Assembly (NCBI RefSeq): GCF_032191835.1
Contig: NC_083228.1
Coordinates: forward strand, 88,598,001-88,662,000
DNA from: Heteronotia binoei
Taxonomy: Eukaryota
Direction: 5' to 3'
Length of the DNA stretch: 64,000 bases
Shown here: positions 48,058-61,122 of the stretch, in pieces
Numbering within the stretch: the stretch's first letter is position 1
Layout: each line of letters starts with the position of its first letter
The notes under the pieces: generated by a model
The model's database searches: none
Told to the model about the DNA's origin: nothing
What the model saw: only the letters and a program-made list of their open reading frames with translations
Made by a program: the position numbers and the translations under genes

Positions 48058-50682
48058 CAAAACACAAATTAATCAAGTCCTATAAAACCTTTAATCAGTA
48101 TGTAGTTTAACACGAAATGTGGCTAACTATAACCAGTTTGATCATTTCACATTATATATAGGGCTTATTTGGGCTTCACTGTGGTAAAGTGCTGTCCCCT
48201 ACTGTTAGAAAATCATTATTTTTTCAGACCCAGAGTATTCCCAATTTATTAATATGTATTATGTCATATACAAATGTTGCCAGCACATTTCTCTGATATT
48301 TGAAGACACAATAACTTTTCAGAGTATAGGTTATTGTTTAACAGCCAACTTCTATGTATGACTATTTTGTTATCTATACAACATTCTAAGTCAGCTTTAT
48401 GAAGTCCGATTTCCACTGAATGAAAAAGCACAGGAGACTTACAGTGTCTTTTGAACATCTGACTTACAAATATACAAGCAAAGCACATTGAAAGCAAATA
48501 AACAGTCCTACAGTATATAGTATACAGCACCTTATCTGCATGGATGTGCCAATTGAATTCCAAGCATTCTTTGCCTTTTTCATTTCAAATGGCAAACTGC
48601 TGTATATTACTTCTCTGCTCTCCCCCCTGCCCTGCCCACACACACACAGAGCAAGCACAAGGGAATCATCTTTCCAAACTCTGCTGGATATTGCATTTCA
48701 AAATCTGGACAGAGATTCCAAGCAATCTCCCGTCATTAGCTCCACAGATGTTTGGTATCTTGGACCATCAGCCTAACCAAAAATAGACAAGCAGCACCCC
48801 TAACACCCAGAATGAGGCTCTTGGTTAGGGTTCCCAACAAGACTGGAGAAAGATGCCCTGTCTCTTTAATTGAGGCTTAACAAGATATTATATATCAGGT
48901 GATCTTATCCATGACACAAAAGCCATTTCCACACATTAAGCATCTGTTAAAGAGACACAACATTTCTCTCTAGACTTGTTGGGACCTTATTGGCCCCAGA
49001 CAAGTTCTAGATATTCCTGAAAAGAAGACACCGCCCTGAGACACCTAGGTGAGAAGGGCGGGGTATAAATCTTAATATAAATAAATAAATAAATAAATAA
49101 GACAATTCAGTATACAATAAAAATACACTCAAGCTGATTCATAGTGAGCTATTTACAAAGCAATTACCAAAGTATTACAATCAATTTCCCAGCAGCTGAT
49201 TTAAAAAATATGTTGCATCCAAAGTATTGCAAGTGGAGTGTAGCTCATAGATCAGATATTTCCCCCCTCCTTCTGCAGCTTGCCCAACCTGCTCCCAGGG
49301 CATCTAAGAACTCTCATAAACAGCATGAAAAAGACTGAAGGGTTCTACAGCTGGAGGATGGAACAGGCAAAAACTGTCTTTTTCTGCCAATGGAAGCGCT
49401 GTTCCCACTGACATACCACCTTTGGTTCCAGCCCAATGTTAATCTCTTCACACAAAACCATTGTCCAAATTTCAGGTAAGCAAATGTAAATAGACGGTGT
49501 TTTCTTCAGCACCACAATAGTTTCTCTTACCTGGATCATTCCTTCTCTGCCACCACACTTGGCAATTTTCTAAGATAAATGGGTTTTACTGATCTTGGAA
49601 GACCTTGTGAGAATTCATCTTAATGTGTATGACAAAGTAAACCATGACCCAGGAATGAGGATTTATTTTGCTGAAATTTAGGATTTATTTTGCTGAAATA
49701 AAATTCTGTTAGTTTCTAAGGTGCTACTACTGAACTCATCTTCTATTCAGCTGGAGAAAGGGGCTGCATTAACTACTTCAGCAGTTTTCCAGCAGTCATA
49801 TCCACCAACATGTGAGCCACTTTAGGTTTCTTTTGATCAGAAGGCAAAGGTTAGAACTGTTTTTAATGCTCAGTATTATGCAAAATATATGTTTCTGCTG
49901 GTTACTGTAAGCAGAGTATCCTGGCAAGTAGTATCACTTATAAATGTAGAACAAAATGGGGTTCTCAGGTTTTTACCCAGAGATCCTGGTAGCTCTTGTG
50001 CAGTCAAGTCCTATGCATATTTACCTGGAAATGTCCCACTGAGTCAGTGCTACTCCCATGTGTTCATAGGGCTGCAGTCTTAAGTGTCCCAAGGCTACAT
50101 AGCCTCTACCTGCTGATGTGTTCCCCTCTAGTCCTTACATCCACTCCACAGCCTGCTGGAGAATAAAACCTAAGCTCCATTTGCTGTAGTAGGCTGGGGA
50201 GGTGAGAGCAAGTGAAGTAGGAGACACTGTGGTTGCATAGTCTTAATGCCTTAAAAACAATGGGAGAGAAGTCCCAGTCCCAAGAAACCTAATGGTAAAT
50301 TATTACATCTTCATTTCTGTTACTGTACCCTTGCAATGTGATTTACATGACAGAAGCAGAACCTGTTCACACTCAGACCAGGCAAAAGATTCAGCACTGG
50401 GAGTCTTGACCTCATACACCTTCCTCAATCAGATATATAACCTAAATGAAAGCCAGGGCCAGCACACCAGTTCTCAAGTACACATGTGATACACATCCAA
50501 GGCTCTCTACTAGGGGATAAACTATGAGCCTAGGTTGGGTGCAGACAGGACTTTAGGATTAATATTTTTATCACAGACTCCATTCAGACAATTAAGTGCA
50601 AAAACAATCCCACACATCAGTATTTCCGTATTTTAACAATTTATTTCAATATTTTCTACAGCTTGCAATTGATTTTCAGGTA

Positions 50683-50689
<7 letters not shown>

Positions 50690-50730
<41 letters not shown>
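50690..50730. repeat. (TA)n microsatellite
   Basis: Perfect TA tract. Confidence 0.95.
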
Positions 50731-50733
<3 letters not shown>

Positions 50734-53445
50734 GTCCCCTGCACCCCAAGGAATTATGGAGCAATTGGCAAAAATGGAATGCTATGCAGTGTACAGGAAA
50801 AGGCAGCAAGGTATCCTATACAAATGGAAGTAAAATCTAATCAACAAGTATTCCCCGGCACAGTTCTTAGGACTAGCACTCTTTACCTGGAATGTATAAA
50901 TAAGCAGAGGGCAAGCTATTCAAGTACACACTGGTGGATCATACTAATCAAACGGAAGCTTTTTTCCTTTTATTTTAGTTCCTGCCACAGGATCTTTGTT
51001 TTAGTGCTATATTTTGTAGCATAGTACATGATTCCAAAGTTAATGATCCCAAGAGTTTTAATGGAAAAAGTTGAACACCTTCATCACTGTACTCAGTTGT
51101 TTTCAGTACCATGTGTTGAGAGAATCTGCTTAGTTTTGCATTTTAGAAACAGACCAAGTATGAACTTGCCCTGTTAAAGAGTGCTATGCTACACATAGAA
51201 CAAATGAAAAAGATTCACATATGCAGGCCCTCCCCACAAACATGGGATGATCTTGTGTCTGAACAGAGAGGAAGCAGAAGTAAAGGTGCGGAAAGAGTAA
51301 ATACTGAACTATTGAGAGCATGCAAACATGAAGCTCTTACTGCATAAGATAATTTCTTCTCCTGAATACTTTTTAACCCCCACCCCATATTTTAAGCAGC
51401 CTCTTTCTGCCCAGCACTTGATGCTTCCACCCTCCCAGGCCACTGGTTGACAGGTGCTTTGCAGCCCAAAACCATGAACATTAGTATGGCAGTCCTCAGC
51501 AGTGCTCTGTGAACAGCCAGATGTATTCAGATGGCAGGACATTATGACAAGAGGAATTAAGCATAGACCAACTGAACTAGATTTGCCAGAGATATCACAG
51601 CATGATCACTGGAGCTACTATGTTGAGATTCAGTGGTACTACCAATGATATTAGGTTATGAATTACAGTTTTAAACTTTTCATGCAACGGTATAATCTTT
51701 TCTCCTGTAGGTTAAAGAATTTATTATTAAAATACACACCTAGGCATTCAGCAGCACTCACAGAACCCAGCCAGTTGTATGTACCAGTCTTCCTGGTTAA
51801 AATAAGAATTAGTATCCAAGAGAAGTAGTCCTCCTCTGCACACCTAACAAACCCTTTGATATCTTCAAGAATGTTTGTCTCAGATAATATAACGAAGTAT
51901 GTAAACAATGTCTTGTTTCCTCCCAAAATGTTTTATCACTTATACTTAAAATAAATAGCCCTATGAAGTACAGTAAATAATATTTAGTACCAAGGTTTAG
52001 ACTGACAACTTACAAAGTTAAAATATACAAACTTTGTAAGTTATACATGAATGCTGTATTCTTCCCAAGAAAGGCAAAGCTATAAAACATTGGCGGTGAG
52101 GAGGGGATTGTCTTGGGCAATTGTTCCGTTATCTTGTGTTTCTGTTGCACACAATCATTTGTTTTGTAAAAACCCTTCTTGGTCTCCACAGTAAGCTACA
52201 GCCAACCTCGAATGAACAGAATTTGCATATGAGTTGTAAATGCCAGAGATTTGATTGCAGTTAAGATTCAAAGTATTTAAGTTAAGCTTTAAATATTTTA
52301 AAACCACATTTGTAGGAAATCTGAAACACCATTTTATAGTACTTTAAAAGCCTAATTTTAAAAATAATTAGTTTAATATGCAAAGCTTGCTATCTATTTC
52401 AAGAAAGCAGGTTTGTTTACAGGCCAAAAGGAATGGCTGTGGGTACTGCAGTACACTTTTAGAAAGGCACAATCTACCCAATAATGTTTCTGCATATCCA
52501 CCATATAGTTTTGAAGATGCTGAACATCAGTACTTGGTGGAGAATGCTCACCATTTTCAATGTCAAGTCATTTAGTTCAGAAGATGAATGTAAACCCTTA
52601 TTGTCATTTGCAAAACACAATCCAACTTCAGCAAACAAAAACATTCATACTAGAAATGGCTCCCCTCCCCATACAAACACTATTCTAGTTACTGAATCGC
52701 AGCCTTTTTACAATAAGCATATGTAACTTCTTTTTCCACAAGAGATGCTCTACAGCAAAACAAAAGAAGTACACTGACATACATATTGTCCAACTTAGGA
52801 CCATAACTGACAACTGATATGTAGTGGTTTTTCCATTTAAAAAGTTACATCCCACTTAAAGCAAAACCAACATTCTGTTTTGTTCTGAATTTTAACACGT
52901 TCTGTACATTCAGTCTTTAAAATACACTTCAGTATAGCTGCACAATGTTTTGCTTTGGAGAAGTGCAGTCAAGAGACCAAGCTTCTCAGTACATTTAAAA
53001 TACAATAAATACAACCCAGCCAGTTTCAACTACCTTTGGTAAAAGCCCTGGCTGGCAGGTGGGAAGAATTTTCAAAGGGAGGCTTTTCACAAAACACATT
53101 TATCTACAAGTCTCAGACAATTTCCTCAACTTCTTCTGTTTAGCATTTCCTTGCATATGTACAGGATTTCACATTGCCAGTTCTACAACAAAATCTTATG
53201 CAACATGCATGCAAAATCTTATGCAACTGCCCATTCAACCAACTGCAAACCCTGAGGATTTTTCTGGTGTGGCAGAAAACGGAAACAAAGCAATCTCTGC
53301 AGCACAGCTGGTCTTCCAAATCAAGTGTCTTGGTTTTCCTGGATGTTTTTTAACATGTCCACACATTTTGCCCATGTTTGTTTTTTAACCTACATGCAGC
53401 TTTCTCTCCATTATTAATTTGATCTTCAAGTTTCAGTAAAAAACG

Positions 53446-53631
53446 TCATCCATCTAAAGGCTTCCCCAGGTAAACTAATGTCACCTCAGTGTTGCCATAC
53501 ACAGCAGATACTGCTGGATACAGAAAAGTCTTTGGAAGTCCCCGGAATGCAACTCCTAGGAACTCATAGCCTCGTTCAAAAGCAAGTGTCTTATCTTCCA
53601 TGTCTAAGATGACACGAATTCTTTCACCTAT
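53446..53631 (-). CDS. FBXO45: FBXO45 exon 3 (end of SPRY domain)
   Basis: TTTTACAG acceptor; [34 protein letters not shown]...[17 protein letters not shown]; 186 nt. Confidence 0.98.
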   Translation of the reverse strand: MGERIRVILDMEDKTLAFERGYEFLGVAFRGLPKTFLYPAVSAVYGNTEVTLVYLGKPLDG

Positions 53632-53736
53632 CTGTAAAACAGGAAGGTTTTGGGGGAGGGGGGTCAAAGGACAAGACAAAGATATAATATGAGACATAAC
53701 AGCACATGAGGAGAATGCACGAGTAAGTACCTAGAA

Positions 53737-54045
53737 CAAGAGTAGCCAAACTATGACTCGGGAGCCATGTGTGGCTCTTTCTCATATATTGTGTGGCTCT
53801 CAAAGCCCCCACCACCCCAGCTTGGAGAAGGCATTTCTCTCTTTAAATCACTTCCAAGCCAAGCCAGCCAGCAGCTTAGAGATTTAAAGTTGCTTTCTTT
53901 CCACCTCTCCCTCATCTGTTTCCCTTCCTTCCTCTGATGTTCCTGTCTTACGGCTCTCAAACATCTGCTATGCATGTTTTACAGCTCTCAAACATCTGAT
54001 GTTTATTCTATGTGGCTCTTGCATTAAGCAAGTTTGGCCACCCTG
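53737..54045. mobile_element. Non-autonomous hAT (Charlie-like) element with perfect 8-bp TSD
   Basis: Termini CAAGAGTAGCCAAACT / AGTTTGGCCACCCTG; TSD ACCTAGAA at 53729-53736 and 54046-54053. Confidence 0.85.
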
Positions 54046-54599
54046 ACCTAGAAGAACTCTTCTGCTTCTAAGATTCAGTCTTCAAACAATCATGCAGCAG
54101 GCTCTAAATGGCTATATTGCCTTAACTTGAATTGAACGCTACTAATGTATAGTTATCATGATGCCCTACAGGACAATGATGAAAGAATCTGTATTGCCAA
54201 AGAATTAAGAAATAACTTTCATATTAATATGAAATAACTTTCATATTAATATGGAGAGAAATATTTTGGCAAGTTTGATACCAAGCAATCTGGTAAAGAA
54301 AATAAGCCTATGCTTAATACTCATTTAACAATATTGTACCAGGTGACCATCAGAAAGTGTCTTGCTTTTAATGTAGTGGAATATCTGCATAATGTTCATC
54401 CCCCTAGTGTTTGTGTCATGATTTTTTTTCTCTGCTTAGGGATAGAGAAAACAATTGGTTTATGGGAAGGAACTATTGCTTGATGGTAATTTAATTTAAT
54501 TTTTTTATTTATACCCCGTCCTATCCTGCAAGTGGGCTCAGGGTGGCTTACAACAGTAACTGTGTTATTTACACACACACACACACACAGCTTTAAAAT

Positions 54600-54960
54600 C
54601 AGTCTCCCAACTGCTGTTCACTGTGCCCCTAACTTCAGAGGTAAGGAGGGAAGTGACTAAAATCAGGGCATTCTCTGTGCTGGCATCTAGCCTTTGGAAT
54701 GTTCTCTCTCTTGAAGCTCAACTGCTGCCTAACTTTCTGCCTTTCAGTTACTAGGTCAAAACATTACTTTTTGCTCAAGCTGTTAATTAGGGGTTTTATG
54801 TTCCCACCTGTTTTATGATCTGCTTCTGTTCTGAAATCTCTTTTAGCAGATATTTTAAAGCTGTTTTTATGTCCTTTGGTTATTTTAATAGCTTGTGGTT
54901 TTTTTTATTGGTGAATTATTATTAATTTGGAAGCAGTCTTGAACAGGGCTCTGAGTGTGT
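54600..54960 (+). mobile_element. Old L2-type 3' fragment
   Basis: CAGGGCATTCTCTGTG...CTTTGGAA motif and T-rich 3' UTR ending in AATAAATAAA. Confidence 0.5.
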
Positions 54961-55500
54961 AGCATAAAAATCCCCTGAATAAATAAAATACATAGTGGCT
55001 ACACACACATATACATACACACACACCCAACTACACTCTAGTGAACGGCATATATGTGACACCATTAAAAACAAACTAACTGCATTTTACTTAACACGAT
55101 GTATAGTGGCAGTGTGCACTCAACTTTTTCTGACATAAAAGTTAAGAGAGGTGTGACCAATAGTATTTAATTTTATTACTGCTGTGTCAAAGGAACTTCA
55201 TGCTTCTTATTTATTTGAAGGGGAGTACAGTCCAGTGCAAACCCAAAAATGGGTGTAATCAAAGGAAAAAAAACTTGTATGTGTAACTGTATTATGACAA
55301 GACAAGAAAACTCTTCCTACTCTGTTTAAACAGTTTGCAGTTATGCTTTTCATCACCAGTTTTTCACAAAAGGAAGAAAACAGAGTGAAATAAGATAATT
55401 ACAATGTACAAGGTAAACATTATTAAAGACAATCCATATGTCCTACAGAGCTTTAAATGAACAAGACTTGCTGCAATCAGTAAAACCTTAATGTATTATA

Positions 55501-56263
55501 CCAAGAGTCACATATACAGTCCAACTACATTAATTATTATACTTTATACATATATTTATTATTATACTTTATACATTATACTTATTTTCCAGGTTTCCAC
55601 CAAATGTTTGAGGATCTTACAACTGTATTCCTTATTTCCCAACCAAAACCCTCAGCATGAATGAAATGTAATACAATATATACAGAGTATCCTTATAATC
55701 CAATAACTTGCTACACTGCAGTTATTTTCTATTAAGTTGTGCAGAATCTTCTTGAGAATGAATTCTCAAGAACAATAAATAACAAAGAACTATTAGAGAG
55801 CTTCCTTCTAAATGGAATGCCTTCTCTTTACTGCAAATTCTTAGGTGGGGTTTGCCATTCTTTTTGGTGATTTTGGAAAACATTGATTGGAAATATCACA
55901 GGGATTCTTGAAAATGAGGAAACTGAAACAGGAAGACACCCACAACTACCTGTTGGGTCGTTGGATCTTTTATGAACTGATTTTGTTTGCTAAACAGCTG
56001 CAGCACACTGAAGCATTATTTCTGAGAATTTATTGTTATTGAGAATTCATTCTCAAGAAGATTTTGTATAACTTAATAGAGAGTAACTACATTGTACTAG
56101 TTACTGGATTATAAGGATACCCCATATATATTGTATTACATTTCATTCCTGTAGAGGATTTCAGTTCGGAAATAAGAAATACAGTTGTAAGATCTCCAAA
56201 CATTTGGTGGAAATCTAGAAAATAAGAACCATTAATGTAACTGGATATATGTACGACTCTTGG
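55501..56263. mobile_element. MITE-like element with ~240-bp terminal inverted repeats and TA TSD (Tc1/mariner-like), FBXO45 intron 2
   Basis: TA|CCAAGAGTC...GACTCTTGG|TA; arm 55501-55780 (with an AT-rich insert) pairs with 56028-56263. Confidence 0.85.
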
Positions 56264-56383
56264 TAGACTACATTAAGGTTTTACTCATGGTGAGTGTTGT
56301 TCTTTTGCAGTTTTATCCACCATGAACCCGATCTTGTCAATGTCATTCTACAGAGCTTGAAAACTACACCAAGTTTCACTCAC

Positions 56384-56740
56384 TTGATACTTTGGAGCAT
56401 TGTTGCATTGAGGAAAGCTGCCATTGACTTCTCCATTATGTAACAAGTTATTGTCCACCAAATTCCAGCCCCAGCTCTGATCATCACTGCCAAGGAGTGC
56501 CACATAGCCCTGACACTGCATGGGGGCTCGCTTTGTAGCAATTCCAATTACTGCCACTGTGCCAAGAGGACCTTCCCACCAGACTTCCCAGGCATGCCGG
56601 CCTTCACTGAAGCCAATCTTGGTCCTTGCTCCATCTGTACTCTGAGCAATGGGGTTCCTGTGCAAAGTAAAGCCATTCTTCTTAATGTAGACATTCCTAG
56701 AGCAATCATTAGTGCTGAAAGCATGCTGAAAGGCGCGCAC
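56384..56740 (-). CDS. FBXO45: FBXO45 exon 2 (SPRY domain)
   Basis: TTTTAG acceptor, CAA|GTGAGT donor, 357 nt; [37 protein letters not shown]...NNAPKYQ, near-identical to human. Confidence 0.98.
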
Positions 56741-56880
56741 CTAAAAGAGAGGTGTTTAAAAAAAAGAATAGAGAAAAAAAATTGAGATGGAACTTGTCAA
56801 GATAGGAGACAGCAAATGCTTAAATTCACTCCCTAGTATAGAAAGAAAATTTTATAATCTAGTGGTTTGGGAGGAAAGGC

Positions 56881-57027
56881 GGCATGATGTAGCCCGATCT
56901 TGGAAGCTAAGCAGGATTGGAAGAGAGACCACCAAGGAAGACTCTGCAAAGGAAAGTTCTTCTCACTTGCTTTGAAAGCCCCTTGGTAGGGTTGCCATAA
57001 GTCAGCTGCGACCTTTACACACACACA
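56881..57027 (+). mobile_element. 5S rRNA-derived SINE (degenerate)
   Basis: CCCGATCTTGGAAGCTAAGCAGG...GAGACCACCAAGG. Confidence 0.6.
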
Positions 57028-57689
57028 ATTAATTGTTTCTTCTAATCTTCAAACTTTACATCTCCTCAGCTCCTAACCTAATTGAGCAAGTTTTTTTATG
57101 TGTGTGTGCCAGTACTAACAAGTACCATCACACAATAAAAAATATAAAACATCTGAACATGCAAAAAACTGAGATGAAGAAACAAATTTCAATATAAGCA
57201 CAATGTAGTTACAAAATCTGTTCCAATATTTATTGCCAGTGAAAACAGTCCATTTGGTGTCCGCAAGCATACATGTGTTGGCATGTAGAGTCTAACAGAT
57301 GCAAATACTTTTACAAACACATTTTAATCACAGAATTTGGTATGATGCTTGTAATTTGGCAGGCTATCACTAAGAAGGTAATAACTAAAAATCCATCACA
57401 TCCACTTGTTTCTAGGAAGTATGAAAAAAAATCAAACTCCTGTAACAACAGCATTCACTGTCCACCTCTAAGAATAAAACAAATGAACGCTACAATTCCA
57501 CCTTCTCAGGACAGTACTATGATTGACACCTGACTCAGCATAGGAGAACACAGTCCTGCTAAAGCCTTACGGAAACACAACAAGAAAACACAGCAAACAT
57601 GAGATAGCCTTTAAAAGCTTTTTCAGTATTTCTGGATGGAGGCATCTCTAATTACATAGCTTGGAACTGGGATATTTGAATGACCACCT

Positions 57690-57990
57690 TCTTTCATGTT
57701 GCCTCCCAAGAATTACTATCACAAGGAGAGGACCTTCTGACTGTCCCATCAATCAAAGAAGCTAATTTGGTGGGTACACAACAGAGGATCTTGTCAGAAG
57801 CAGCCCCACAACTATGGAACAACCTCCCCCGGGAGGTGTGCCTGGCCACCTCACTTTCAATCCTTAGGAGACAGTTTATTTAGTACTTAACATTTGGTTA
57901 AGTTTCCTGAATTGTGATTCTGAAGATTTTTATGTACTTATATTGTATTTATGTTATACACTGCCTTGCACTCTGCAAGTAAGAAAGTTG
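57690..57990 (+). mobile_element. Old L2-type 3' fragment
   Basis: Degenerate ...EAAPQLWNNLPREV... translation typical of the L2 ORF2 end. Confidence 0.55.
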
Positions 57991-58024
57991 GCTAATAAAG
58001 TTTTAAGGAAATAAGTAAATTAAT

Positions 58025-58300
58025 GAGAGCCAGTCTGCTGTAGTGGTTAAGTGCACAAACTCTTATTTAGGAGAACCAGGTTTGATTTCACTCCTCCTGA
58101 TGCAAATGCTGGAATGACCCTGGGTCAGTCATAACTCTCTCATAGCTGCTCTGCTCAAGAGCAGTTCTGAGAGAGCTCTCTCAGCCGCACCTACCTCGCA
58201 GGCTGTCTGTTGTGGCGAGGGGAAGGGAAAGGAGTTTGTAAGCTGTTGTAAGACTCCTTCATGAAGTGAAGGGTGGTGTATAAATCCAATCTCCTCTTCT
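58025..58300 (+). mobile_element. Squam3-like SINE
   Basis: GAGAGCCAGTCTGCTGTAGTGGTTAAG head and TAAATCCAATCTC tail; same family as 11814-12099. Confidence 0.82.
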
Positions 58301-58609
58301 ACATAAATACCTGATGTGATACCTCTGCCCAGCATCTGGCATAGTGACTTAGTTAATAGTACTTCCATCTGAGTTTAACTGATCAATCAATCTTTCTTAC
58401 AATAATAGATCAGTTGAAAATCTAAGCTTAACATCACAATCCCCAAAATATTTGGGGTTGAAACCAGAAGGTGGTGTGAGGGAACACATCCACACACACA
58501 CCTGCAGGTACCGCTGCAGTGATTACAAAGAGGTAGATATGTTAATATGTCAGCATAATAAAACAAATATCCAGCAACATTTATTTCAGTATGAGTTTTT
58601 GTAAACTCA

Positions 58610-58670
58610 CTTCATGAAAGCTCATACTGAAATGAATGTTACCCTTTAAGGTGCCACAGAATGTTTGTTT
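58610..58670. mobile_element. Penelope-like terminal remnant
   Basis: GAAAGCTCATACTGAAATGAATG...CTTTAAGGTGCCACAG resembles the right arm of 18627-18760. Confidence 0.45.
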
Positions 58671-58983
58671 CATGAGCACACAGGCTGGCCAAGGAAGGCA
58701 TGCAGGCTGTGTTTCATGTGAAGCATTCCCGAGCGTCTGTCTCCCACACCAGAACTTTCCCCTTGGTTGGAAGTGCCTTCAAGGCTGTGAAGAACCGCCT
58801 CACTCTAGATTTAAACCAAAGGGTGTGCAGCGCACAAGACTTCCAAGCAGCCCCAGCACAAATTAAGCCCTGGTTTCAAACACGCGGGAAGAGATGTGAA
58901 GAGAAGTTGCCCCTCCACCCCACCCCCCTGCAAAGGATGGGAATGGAGAGTGTGAAAAGAGGGGCCCGTTCGCACTGCCTAAC

Positions 58984-59244
58984 CTTGCCCTTGTAGGTGG
59001 GCACGTTGCAGAGGATGTCGGTGCGCAGCGCTTCCTCGGCCAGGCTGCGGGCGGCCAGGCTGCGCCATACCTCGCTGTTCTCGTCGCCGTGCAGGACGCG
59101 GTACCACATCTTACACACCAGCGCGCAGCTCCGCAGTTCGCGCAAGTCTAGGTAGGAGAAGACGAATTCCAGCACTCGGCTGGGCAGGCGCCAGCCCCCC
59201 GCACTGGCCACCGAACTCAGCGCCCCACCGCCGGCAGCCGCCAT
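58984..59244 (-). CDS. FBXO45: FBXO45 exon 1 (F-box)
   Basis: GAGGCGATGG start, AAG|GTTAGG donor, 261 nt; [45 protein letters not shown]; total CDS 804 nt = 267 aa. Confidence 0.97.
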
Positions 59245-59810
59245 CGCCTCAGGCGACCACCGACCCTGCGCCGTCCGTGCGTGCGCAGCCCTTCCAAACT
59301 GACCGCCCCGGCCCTGGCAAAGGCAAAAGGTGGAGCCAGCCCACCAGCCAACCAACGACCCGGCTGGTGCCGTCAGCTAGAAAAGGAGGGCAGCGCCCAA
59401 CGCTCAACGTCTTCCCTTCTTTGCCGGCAAAAGCGGGCGGAAACGAGTCCTGTCATCTGAGGCACTCAGCCTAGCCGGTGTGGCAAAACGCTTCCTCTTG
59501 TCTCCGCGTAGTGGCTAGGACTGAGATGAGAATAAGACAGATTCCCAAGAACACCCCTCACTCTTCACGGTTATTGCTCTTAACTTCTATTTCTTTGGAC
59601 AGCGGAATTAGGCCCTGAAGGTGAACCAGCCATATTGAATGAGGGCAGACCTGTCAGGGTTCCTCTGTTACAGACATGCGCAAAAATGTACCTGTCGGAC
59701 ATGGAGAGAAGAGGGAGGGGAAAGTGCGCTTCGGATGACGGTAATTTTCTTCGCCGGAAAAGGAGGTTTTCTATGGAGAGGCTGGTGGGGTGCTGGGTCT
59801 GTTTCAAGGT
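59245..59810. promoter_or_regulatory. Bidirectional CpG-rich promoter FBXO45/WDR53 with a candidate non-coding WDR53 first exon
   Basis: CpG-rich DNA between divergent genes; ETS-like CCGGAA (~59753) and TGACG; plus-strand donor AAG|GTAATT at 59808/59809. Confidence 0.75.
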
Positions 59811-60609
59811 AATTCGTGTTTCTTTCTGTTCCGTTTTATTCTGTTTTTGTGTCAGCGGGAGCGAGTCTTATTAAGTCGGTTGGGTTTGCGTTTAGAATTT
59901 TTCTGTGGTCCGGGCCGTCTTGGACCCACGGACTCCCTAAGTAGGTTGCTGTTTAGTAGCTGTTTTCTTGTTCTCAAGGAATTCCCATGTGCTCTTACAT
60001 TCTCTGTCTCCTAACCCCACACTTGCGCACACTTCCTTTCGCCAGTGCTTTCCTAACGGCGAGTGTTAATGTTTTGCTATTCTTCGTTATTCCGTATCTA
60101 GACAAGTGGTTAGACCCCATATCGAGGTCCCACGCCTGAACACAACTTGTCACTCTTCCAGGCTTGTCGCTGTCCCACCTACAAGGGCAGTCTATTTAAC
60201 AGGATTTTTGTGAGAATAAAATAGTTGGGGAGAGAGCCATTTATGCTGCTCTGCAATCCTTGGAGGAAGGATAAATATGTAAATAAATAGTATCAAACCA
60301 CTGTGATTTAATGAACTGAAGAGACTATCATCCATTTAGCCACTGATGTATGATGGATAATTATTTAGTAATTACAAAAGAAATTCCTTCTAATAGTGCT
60401 TCTCTTAAGTATCATTACAATATTTCATTGTAATGGGAGTTCCTTGTTTTTTTACATTTTTGGGCACTTCCTTGTATCTTGGGGAAAGTAATATCTCAAA
60501 ATGAATATACTATTGTATCTGCTTCCTGAAGCATTTATTGAGCTATATCAAACGGCTTGTGCCTTATTAATTCAGTCTTGCTTATTTGTTTATTTTTAGT
60601 AGATTTTGA

Positions 60610-61122
<513 letters not shown>

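Noticed and set aside
60597-60602. TAGTAG tandem acceptor of the WDR53 coding exon
   Set aside because: Lies in the 5' UTR, so a 3-nt shift would not change the protein.
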